DNA from: Candidatus Izemoplasmatales bacterium
GTDB lineage: Bacteria; Bacillota_I; Bacilli_A; Izemoplasmatales; Hujiaoplasmataceae
Assembly (NCBI GenBank): GCA_046542225.1
Contig: JBKHBS010000001.1
Span: 52,259 to 116,258 of the forward strand
Reading direction: 5' to 3'
Length of the DNA: 64,000 nt
Both the position numbers and the translations under genes were made by a program. Every line of letters starts with the position of its first letter. Position 1 is the first letter of the stretch. This document shows, one piece after another, positions 56,846 through 64,000 of the stretch. The notes beneath the pieces are model-generated. The model saw only the letters and a list, made by a program, of their open reading frames with translations, did not search any database and was not told where the DNA came from.

Positions 56846-58018
56846 ATGGAATTGTTTAAATATAATGAAAAAAGGATTAATAAAATCAATGCATTTATGC
56901 AAGGATTACTAAATGCAGAGTCAACAGAAGAAAAGGTGAAAATATTTAGGAAATATGAAGAAGATATTGCCAATATAACGCCTTTAGATATGTTTTACTT
57001 GCATAATTATAGTGGTAATGCAGATTTGTCTATTGAAGAAATTAAAGAAAGCGCAAATAAGTTTATCAATGTTTTTCACAAGGGTTTAGAACGGTATAGC
57101 GCTCAGTTTAACCATCCTTTATTAAAACTTTTAAACAAGGAAAATGAAAAAATAGAAAAACATTTGAATGTCTTGAAAGCATACTATAAAAGTGGCGATG
57201 TTATTAAATATCAAAAAGAATTATTAGATGGTTTTAAAAAGTGTTTAGAATTTGAACTGAAATTCATTAAATTTGAAAATATCATCTTTCCAAATTTAGA
57301 AGATAAACTTCCTTCTACAAAACCTTTTGAAGTCTTATGGTCGCTTCATGATGATGCTAGACAACTAATTAAAACATTAATTTCTCTCTTAAAAAAAGAA
57401 ACTTTAGATACACAGGCGATAATTGAAGGTATTGGAAAGTATTATTACTTAATCTTTGGTATCAATCAAAAAGAAAGGTTAATCATTATGCCCTTGCTTG
57501 AAGAATTATTACCAGAAGAAAAATTAAATGCAATGTATAACGAATGCTTAGAATATGGATATGTATTCATGGAATCTCCTCAACCCTTAGAATATGAAGT
57601 TGAACAAAAAAGAAGTCGTGAGTGGTTTGAAACAAAAACTGGGTCGCTCAATTTTAAACAATTATCTTTAATCTTAAACCATATACCAATTGATATTACC
57701 TTTGTTGATAAAGAGGATAAGGTTAAATACTTTAATGATCGGAAAGAAAGACATTTTCCAAGAAATCCTTCTGTCATAGGTAGATTGGTCAAACACTGTC
57801 ATCCACCAAAATCAGTTCATATCGTAGAGAAAATAGTGACTGAGTTTAAAGAAAACAAACGTGATGTGGCTGAGTTCTGGATTGAAATGAATCAAACATT
57901 CTTATATATAACTTATTATGCGATTAGAGATAAAGACAAACATTATGAGGGTGTTTTGGAAGTCTCTCAAGACGTGACAAAAATCCGAACTTTAGAAGGG
58001 GAAAAAAGATTATTATAA
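56846..58018 (+). CDS. Second hemerythrin-like / PAS_10 domain protein (DUF438-related paralog)
   Basis: HPLL..L.KEN, ENIIFP.LE, VLWSLHDDAR, PIDITFVD, CHPPKSVH, LEVSQD..LEGEKRLL. Confidence 0.85.
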   Translation: MELFKYNEKRINKINAFMQGLLNAESTEEKVKIFRKYEEDIANITPLDMFYLHNYSGNADLSIEEIKESANKFINVFHKGLERYSAQFNHPLLKLLNKENEKIEKHLNVLKAYYKSGDVIKYQKELLDGFKKCLEFELKFIKFENIIFPNLEDKLPSTKPFEVLWSLHDDARQLIKTLISLLKKETLDTQAIIEGIGKYYYLIFGINQKERLIIMPLLEELLPEEKLNAMYNECLEYGYVFMESPQPLEYEVEQKRSREWFETKTGSLNFKQLSLILNHIPIDITFVDKEDKVKYFNDRKERHFPRNPSVIGRLVKHCHPPKSVHIVEKIVTEFKENKRDVAEFWIEMNQTFLYITYYAIRDKDKHYEGVLEVSQDVTKIRTLEGEKRLL

Positions 58019-58130
58019 ATAAGGTTAATAAAAGATTAAGTAATTATTTCAATAAAAAAATCTGATGAACTATAGTTTAATTTAAATGTGAAAACCAAGT
58101 CGGATAATTTTATTATATAGATTTTTATGT

Positions 58131-58161
58131 TATAATATAATGATGACTTTTTGTCATCATT
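58131..58161 (+). promoter_or_regulatory. Extended -10 followed by a perfect inverted repeat (candidate operator or 5' hairpin)
   Basis: TG-T-TATAAT (TATAAT 58131-58136), then AATGATGAC-ttttt-GTCATCATT (58139-58161). Confidence 0.55.
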
Positions 58162-58184
58162 TTTATTTTATGGAGGGTAAATAA

Positions 58185-59393
58185 ATGAAAACAAGTGGTA
58201 AAACTCCGCTTTTAAGAGCGAGAAATATTGAAAAAAAATTAGGGATTAAAAGACTATATATTAAATTAGAAGGGGCAAACCCAACGGGGTCAAAATTTGA
58301 CCGTTTGGCTTGGCGTATTGTTTTTTCTGCCATGTCGCAAGAAAAAACAAATATTATCGCAGATGGGTCCAAACAATACTTAAAAGCTTTGGCTCATTAT
58401 GCCAACATTTATCACTTGAGTGTAGAGGTTGTTCAGTTTAAAAACCAAAAATGGAAATTAAGTTTGGGTGACCATGTTTCATCAATCGATTATACAAGTA
58501 GGTCTAAGCCAAAAACCAATAAATTCTATCATAAAGTTAACCTAGATAAGGAAGATTATTTAGCCATAGAAGGTATGAATCATCAGGAGTTAACATCAAT
58601 AGCCTTTAAAAGTATTGGTGAAGAGATGATTGATAAGATGAAAAAACCTGCGGATACAGTTTTTTATGCCAATAGTGATGACTATCAAGATAGTATTTAT
58701 AACGCCTACTTACAAGACTATATGAAAACAAGCCATCCCATGCCAACATTAGTTTCGGTGAAATCAGAAAAAAATTCTGATGATAATAATCAAGATATCC
58801 TTGTTAATGAAGAATTGATTGCTGAAGCATATTCACTATTAACCAAATTAGAACATCTAAAAATGAAAAAAAAGGCTGCAATTCCTTTTGCTGGATTTTT
58901 AGAGAAATATCATGGTGGTGAAATAGAAAAAGGCCACCATGTGATTGTTTTGGATACTGCTAAAACTAGAGTTGATATCCGAAGATTAGAGACTTTTGAT
59001 GAAATATCAAAAGAACAGTTATTGGATTATGTTGACCATTACTTAGACAGATATTCTGACCCTTTAGAAGATGCTGATGATGCATTGGAAAATGCAATTG
59101 AAAAGGGTTTTATCTTAGTCGCAACCAGGGAAGAAACCGTCGATGGAGTATGCGTCATTGTTAACATGGGCTTTGATAAATTTATTCCAACCTATCATCT
59201 TGCTTATATCGGTACCAATCCTCAAAGTAAGGGAAGAGGCTTGGGAACCGAACTTATTGAGTTTGCAGTTGATTTAGCAGATGGTAATATTTCATTGCAT
59301 GTTGATTTAGATAATTATGGGGCTAAGAAATTATATGAAAAAATGGGATTTAAACATGTATATAATCGAATGATTTTTCAAAATGAAGAATAA
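58185..59393 (+). CDS. Fusion of a degenerate fold-type II PLP-enzyme domain and a GNAT acetyltransferase
   Basis: GKTPLLRA..LYIKLEGANPTGSKFDR (threonine synthase-like); C-terminal HLAYIG..KGRGLG..LHVD.DNYGAKKLYEKMGF. Confidence 0.8.
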   Translation: MKTSGKTPLLRARNIEKKLGIKRLYIKLEGANPTGSKFDRLAWRIVFSAMSQEKTNIIADGSKQYLKALAHYANIYHLSVEVVQFKNQKWKLSLGDHVSSIDYTSRSKPKTNKFYHKVNLDKEDYLAIEGMNHQELTSIAFKSIGEEMIDKMKKPADTVFYANSDDYQDSIYNAYLQDYMKTSHPMPTLVSVKSEKNSDDNNQDILVNEELIAEAYSLLTKLEHLKMKKKAAIPFAGFLEKYHGGEIEKGHHVIVLDTAKTRVDIRRLETFDEISKEQLLDYVDHYLDRYSDPLEDADDALENAIEKGFILVATREETVDGVCVIVNMGFDKFIPTYHLAYIGTNPQSKGRGLGTELIEFAVDLADGNISLHVDLDNYGAKKLYEKMGFKHVYNRMIFQNEE

Positions 59394-59410
59394 TCATTAA
59401 TATCTAAATT

Positions 59411-59449
59411 AAAACATTTTCACTTTATGATAGTGAAAATGTTTTTTTT
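59411..59449 (+). terminator. Intrinsic terminator
   Basis: AAAACATTTTCACT-ttatgat-AGTGAAAATGTTTTTTTT. Confidence 0.85.
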
Positions 59450-59485
59450 ATGACAATTGCTTATAAATATGATAATATATTTAAT

Positions 59486-60808
59486 ATGAAAAACAGACGA
59501 CATATTAATGAATTAGCATACTTTTCCATCCTTAGTGGATTTACATTTTTTATCTGGTTAAATCAACTAGATTTTCTTGGCATGACTATATTTGTCCTTG
59601 CCAGTTTTTTCGTTTTAATTTTTGTTAAGAATACAATTCATGTTGTTCCTTTTATTTTTAACATGCTCTTTATGATTAGTCAAACAGAATGGAGTTTGGA
59701 ATCGATTCCGGTTTATTTATATGTCTTACCAATCATTCTAACCCTTGGATTTATTGTTCACTATATTAGGTTTAAGGAAAAGAGAGAAAAACAAAGTATA
59801 CTGGTTAAACCTTTATTATTAATGTTCCTTGCTATTGTTTTATCAATCATTAATACAGAAATTTTTGATTTAAATTATATATTTTACATTGGTATTGGGG
59901 CCTTTTACTTGTTGATTTATTTATTCTTTGTGAATACAATCAAGGGTGAGAATTTAGATTATTTAATAAAACTATTCATTGTTCTTGGACTTTTAATTTC
60001 GACACAAGTTCTTTATTATTATTTAAGCACAGGCGATATTGCTGAGGCACTTACGACCAGTAGGGTTGATTTGGGTTGGGGCATATCTAATTTTATTGCG
60101 ACTTATTTAATTATGTTTATTACCGCAACGATTTTTTATATTAAAACAAAAAAGTATAGACTTATCACAGTCATCATTGTGGCATTTGAAATACTTATGT
60201 TAATATTTACCCTTTCAAGAGGTGGTGTTTTATCTTTTATTGCCATCCTGCCACTCTTATTATATTACCTTTATCACGGTCAAAAAAATAAGATTGAACT
60301 GACCTTATATTTATTTATGATCTTAGTGCTTTTGGTCACTGTTTTTGTGATTCGGACCGATTATTTTATACCTTTATTTGAAAGGTTTAAAACCCTAGAT
60401 CTTTATGATGGCTCTGGGCGTGTTGAATTATGGAAACAAGCCCTTGAAAAGTTTAAAGAACATCCAATTTTAGGTGCCGGATTATTTGCTAGGGTCGAGG
60501 GCGATTACTTTGGCTTTTATCATAATACCATTTTGCATACCCTCGCAACTTTAGGTGTGATTGGGTTGATTTCCTTGTTATGGCAAGCCTATGGGGTGGT
60601 TAAAGTCATTTTCACCAAATTAAATTTAGAGAAAGGCATATTATTCATTGCTTTAGTTGGTGCCAATATACACGGCATGATTGATAATGTTTATTTCATG
60701 CCCCAGTACATGATTATTTTCTTTGTGATTGTTGCAGCGATTGAAATTCACAATGAAAGCCAAACCATGAAACCAAGAATATGGAGGCCAGAAAATGTCA
60801 AAAGATAA
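59486..60808 (+). CDS. O-antigen ligase/Wzy_C family membrane glycosyltransferase
   Basis: About 12 TM, TLSRGG, SGRVELWKQAL..F.EHPILGAG, HNTIL..LATLGVIG. Confidence 0.87.
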   Translation: MKNRRHINELAYFSILSGFTFFIWLNQLDFLGMTIFVLASFFVLIFVKNTIHVVPFIFNMLFMISQTEWSLESIPVYLYVLPIILTLGFIVHYIRFKEKREKQSILVKPLLLMFLAIVLSIINTEIFDLNYIFYIGIGAFYLLIYLFFVNTIKGENLDYLIKLFIVLGLLISTQVLYYYLSTGDIAEALTTSRVDLGWGISNFIATYLIMFITATIFYIKTKKYRLITVIIVAFEILMLIFTLSRGGVLSFIAILPLLLYYLYHGQKNKIELTLYLFMILVLLVTVFVIRTDYFIPLFERFKTLDLYDGSGRVELWKQALEKFKEHPILGAGLFARVEGDYFGFYHNTILHTLATLGVIGLISLLWQAYGVVKVIFTKLNLEKGILFIALVGANIHGMIDNVYFMPQYMIIFFVIVAAIEIHNESQTMKPRIWRPENVKR

Positions 60809-61715
60809 AAAAATGAGTTCTGAAAAGAGAATGCTCTTATCTTTTATTTTAAACTTTATTTTTACTATTTTTGAATTTATAGGTGGACTATTAACGGGTT
60901 CAATTGCCTTAATGAGTGATAGTGTTCATGATTTTGGTGATTCTATATCGATTGGCGTCGCCATATTTTTAGAAAAGAAATCAAAGAAGAAACCTAATTA
61001 CAAATACACCTATGGTTACTATAGATTTTCTTTGCTTGGTGGTTTAATTTCTTCATTTGTTTTAATTATGGGTTCGACCATAATCATTTATAGGGCCATA
61101 GAAAGATTAATCAATCCAGAACCATTATTAGACCCTCAATTACTTGTTATTTTTGCTGTGGTTGGTGTTGTGGTTAATGGCTTGGCGGCTTATAATGCTT
61201 CAAAAGGCACTTCAGCCAACGAGAGAGTGATTTCTCTTCATTTATTAGAAGATGTATTTGGTTGGGTTGCCTTATTAATTACCGCCTTAATAATCAATAT
61301 TTTCGATGTTCATATTTTAGATGTCTTATTATCATTATTGTTTAGTTTGTACATCATTTATCATGTCATAAGAAATTTAAAGGATATATTGGAAATCTTT
61401 TTAGAAAAAGCACCAAGTAGTCCTAAAATTAGTGAAATTAAAGAAAAACTATTAAAAAATGAAGCAGTCTTAGATATTCACCATGTACATTACTGGACCC
61501 TTGAAGGTTCTATTCCTATCATTACCTTTCATGCAGTCGTTTCAAAAGATAAAACACCCAAAGAAATTCATAATATTCAAAATGAGATTCATGAATCTTT
61601 AAAAGATTTAGGCATCGATCACATGACTGTTCAAATTGAATTTTCTGGTCTTGATTGTTTAGCAGACGATTGTGATGATATTGAAGCGAGAAAAAAACAT
61701 CAACATCATCATTAG
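60795..61715 (+). CDS. czcD: Cation diffusion facilitator (CzcD-like Zn/Co/Cd exporter)
   Basis: SIALMSDSVHDFGD, YTYGYYR, LHLLED, DIHHVHYW, His-rich tail. Confidence 0.9.
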   Translation: MSKDKKMSSEKRMLLSFILNFIFTIFEFIGGLLTGSIALMSDSVHDFGDSISIGVAIFLEKKSKKKPNYKYTYGYYRFSLLGGLISSFVLIMGSTIIIYRAIERLINPEPLLDPQLLVIFAVVGVVVNGLAAYNASKGTSANERVISLHLLEDVFGWVALLITALIINIFDVHILDVLLSLLFSLYIIYHVIRNLKDILEIFLEKAPSSPKISEIKEKLLKNEAVLDIHHVHYWTLEGSIPIITFHAVVSKDKTPKEIHNIQNEIHESLKDLGIDHMTVQIEFSGLDCLADDCDDIEARKKHQHHH

Positions 61716-61724
61716 GAGGTAAAA

Positions 61725-62804
61725 ATGCATACTTATATAAAAAAACTTAAAGAACGTCTTTTAGACCATGATATAAGTGAAGACTTATATCATCAAATTT
61801 TAAAAGATTACGAAAAAGAAGTTACAAATAATCAGACTGATGATTTAAAACCTGTTGAAGAAGAAGTTGAAGACATCATCAAAAAATATGATTTAAAACT
61901 AAAAGAATATGAAGATAAAGAAATTTCTACTACGATTGCTTTGGCACCCTTTGTAAGTTTAATGACCTATTTGATTTTAGGCTTTGGTTTTGATTTTTGG
62001 CATCCTGGTTGGTTGGTATTTATTATCGTCCCACTCTTATTATTGGTGTTTTCTGTCTTTCATGACGATTTATTGGCTGGCATCTTAGCTTTAATTCCTT
62101 TTGCTATTATCTTTAGTTACTTTTTTGTGGGATTTAATTACCATATTTGGCATCCAACCTGGTTAATCTTTATGTTGTTGCCGGTTATTGGCGTTTTTAC
62201 CCATTATCGTAAGAAAGGAATGATATCATTTTTATTTGCTTTAAGTCCTTTTCTTACAGTTATATTGTATATCATACTGGGTAGTTATTTCCACTTGTGG
62301 TCTAGGGCATGGGTTGTTTTTTTATTGGTCCCAATGATTGCCACCCTTCATGAAAAAAACAAGAAAAGACTCCTCATATTCGAAATATCCTTATTGATTT
62401 CTATGGCCATAGGAATCATTGTCCCTTATATAACCAATTCTTGGGGATATGCTTTCTTTGGCCTTTTAATACCATCAATCGTTTTTATTAGTTTTGGAGA
62501 AGATAGTATCATAAAGTTCTCTAAAGAAACAGTTTTTGATTGGCTAATGGTTTTGTTTTTGGGTACACTATATTTGATTTTTGGTATTTTATTTGATGCT
62601 TGGGCTTATGGTTGGATGGTTTTATTGGTTATTCCTATATATGAAATCATTAAACAATCCCCAGATCATTTTAAATTTTATTATATAATGCCTTTTGTCT
62701 CGATAATTATTTTCTTTTCCTTAGGATACTTCTTTGATTTATGGGCATATTCATGGTTGGCATTTGGATTAATCATCATATCTTACTTGATTGAGAGAGA
62801 CTAG
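61725..62804 (+). CDS. Polytopic membrane protein made of six helical-hairpin repeats with an N-terminal soluble helical domain
   Basis: Repeats of the type Y..LG....WHP.W..F...P; N-terminus YIKKLKERL..ILKDYE resembles HAAS/DUF1700 domains. Confidence 0.7.
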   Translation: MHTYIKKLKERLLDHDISEDLYHQILKDYEKEVTNNQTDDLKPVEEEVEDIIKKYDLKLKEYEDKEISTTIALAPFVSLMTYLILGFGFDFWHPGWLVFIIVPLLLLVFSVFHDDLLAGILALIPFAIIFSYFFVGFNYHIWHPTWLIFMLLPVIGVFTHYRKKGMISFLFALSPFLTVILYIILGSYFHLWSRAWVVFLLVPMIATLHEKNKKRLLIFEISLLISMAIGIIVPYITNSWGYAFFGLLIPSIVFISFGEDSIIKFSKETVFDWLMVLFLGTLYLIFGILFDAWAYGWMVLLVIPIYEIIKQSPDHFKFYYIMPFVSIIIFFSLGYFFDLWAYSWLAFGLIIISYLIERD

Positions 62805-62807
62805 TAT

Positions 62808-63608
62808 ATGGAAAATAAAAAAATAAAAAAAAGAATATGGGAACTTGATTTTTTACGTGGACTTGCGATTTTAATGATGGTTTTTGACCATTTGATGTTT
62901 GATTTCGCTTATTTAAAAGGTTATTTTTCAAACTTTTATGAAGTCAATAATTCAATGTTTAATTGGCTTAATGATTTAGGCATTATGTATTGGAATTCAA
63001 CCCTTAGATTCATCGGTCGAGAATTTTTTGTTTTATTATTCCTTTTAATATCTGGCATCAGTTTTACTTTTAGTAAAGATAACTTAAAAAGAGGTTTAAA
63101 ACTTTTAATTGTCGCCATCGTCATTACTTTGGTCACTTATCTTGTGGATCAATTTTTGAATTTTGGGGTATTGATTGTATTTGGCGTTATCCATATGTTT
63201 GCAGTAAACACCTTATTAACTGTTCTTATACGTAAACTAATAAAAAATGAGATTTTTATCTTGTTGTTAGGAATGTTAATTCTTACATTTTCATTTATTT
63301 ATGGATTATTCACACCACCCTTTGTGAGTTTATCCTTTGAAAACCTACCTAAAATCATTTTGGGATTCGGACGATTTGGCGCTGATCATTTTGGTGTTTT
63401 TCCTTATTTAGGAATTATTTTGATTGGTACAGTTGTGGGACAAACTTTCTATAAAAACAGATTATCATTGATGCCACAAGTGAACCTATCTCAAAAGAAT
63501 GTCTTTTTGCTTGCTGGGCGTTATTCCCTATATATTTATGTGGTTCATCAACCAGTGGTTTTACTATTTGTTTCAATATTTGCATATATCTTTGGTTACC
63601 GATTTTAA
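62808..63608 (+). CDS. DUF1624 / HGSNAT-like membrane acyltransferase
   Basis: RIWELDFLRGLAILMMVFDH, FLLISGIS, FGVIH, DHFGVFPY, GRYSLYIYVVHQP. Confidence 0.88.
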   Translation: MENKKIKKRIWELDFLRGLAILMMVFDHLMFDFAYLKGYFSNFYEVNNSMFNWLNDLGIMYWNSTLRFIGREFFVLLFLLISGISFTFSKDNLKRGLKLLIVAIVITLVTYLVDQFLNFGVLIVFGVIHMFAVNTLLTVLIRKLIKNEIFILLLGMLILTFSFIYGLFTPPFVSLSFENLPKIILGFGRFGADHFGVFPYLGIILIGTVVGQTFYKNRLSLMPQVNLSQKNVFLLAGRYSLYIYVVHQPVVLLFVSIFAYIFGYRF

Positions 63609-63627
63609 TAAATAGGAGGCATTCATT

Positions 63628-64000
63628 ATGAAAGTAGATTTAACTCTTTATCAAGCTTTGGCTAAAACAGCTTCAAATTATAGTACAAGAAATGCATTGT
63701 TATTTAGAGGTAAGTATTTAACTTATGAGCAAGTCATGACAAAAATTGATTACCTTGCTGGTGGTTTAACCGAATTTGGTTTAAAAAAAGGTGATGTTAT
63801 CACCTTTGCCTTGCCAAATGTTTTTGAAGCGGTTTTTGGTTTTTATGCAGGTTCAAAACTTGGTTTAAAATGTCACATGGTACATCCAATCACACCAGTT
63901 AAGCAAATGAAAAAACATATGGAAGAAACTAAGAGTCAAACTATTGTGGTGATGGATACCTTTTATGACCACTATAAAGAACTATTAGAAGACAATAAAA
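63628..64000 (+). CDS. AMP-binding acyl-CoA ligase, N-terminal part (runs off the window)
   Basis: Not in the ORF track. AGGAGG RBS, then MKVDLTLYQAL..ALLFRGKYLTYEQV..LAGGL..GLKKGDVI..LPN..E..FYA..KLG..VHP, open to the window end. Confidence 0.82.
   Translation, partial: MKVDLTLYQALAKTASNYSTRNALLFRGKYLTYEQVMTKIDYLAGGLTEFGLKKGDVITFALPNVFEAVFGFYAGSKLGLKCHMVHPITPVKQMKKHMEETKSQTIVVMDTFYDHYKELLEDNK

Noticed and set aside
61690-61715. His-rich tail of the CDF transporter
   Set aside because: Common in Zn-CDF exporters.
923-63136. Many 60-100 aa ORFs antisense to or nested within long genes (e.g. 923..1123, 14339..14608, 20088..20396, 37035..37322, 43266..43529)
   Set aside because: They lie wholly inside well-supported genes, have no RBS or recognisable motif, and are expected shadow ORFs.
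1-64000. CRISPR array, prophage, integron or intact transposase
   Set aside because: No regularly spaced short repeats with spacers and no cas, integrase, terminase or DDE ORFs; intergenic spaces are short and explained.
1-64000. Mycoplasma-type UGA=Trp recoding
   Set aside because: TGA ends several full-length genes (rimO, alaS, ruvX), and conserved Trp residues use TGG.

Overview
64 kb of low-GC (about 30% by eye) core chromosome, nearly all on the + strand. It uses genetic code 11 (TGA stops, TGG Trp). Gene content and Bacillus-like synteny with the peptidoglycan genes removed point to a wall-less or wall-reduced, anaerobic, peptide-fermenting Bacilli/Mollicutes lineage. Izemoplasmatales/Acholeplasmatales-like is my inference. 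The window holds about 55 CDSs (rimO, peptidases and amidohydrolases, trpS, pepF, spx, gap, recD2, alaS-ruvX-trmR-yrrNO-greA-mtnN, yqeGHK-rsfS-yqeM, comEA-comEC-holA, rpsT, pyk, argS, ABC systems, a dCache-PAS-GGDEF-HD-GYP protein, a Crp/Fnr-DUF438-YbaN module, trxB, aldehyde dehydrogenase, CDF), one tRNA-Leu(CAA), two T-box riboswitches (Trp, Ala) and many intrinsic terminators. I saw no CRISPR array, prophage or intact transposase. Highlights: (1) a ComEA DNA receptor with seven tandem SLBB/oligomerisation domains instead of one; (2) an overlapping gene pair of phosphotransfer-dead PTS proteins (membrane-anchored EIIB with Cys->Glu, and HPr with His15->Gln but Ser46 kept); (3) an intact but catalytically eroded GH65 pseudoenzyme directly upstream of pyruvate kinase; (4) a perfect TGTGA-N6-TCACA box about -41.5 from the DUF438 promoter, overlapping the stop codon of the adjacent regulator gene; (5) further degenerate-active-site or repeat-built proteins and a possible IS3-end scar beside the tRNA. 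All family assignments come from motif recognition by eye; no database searches were run.
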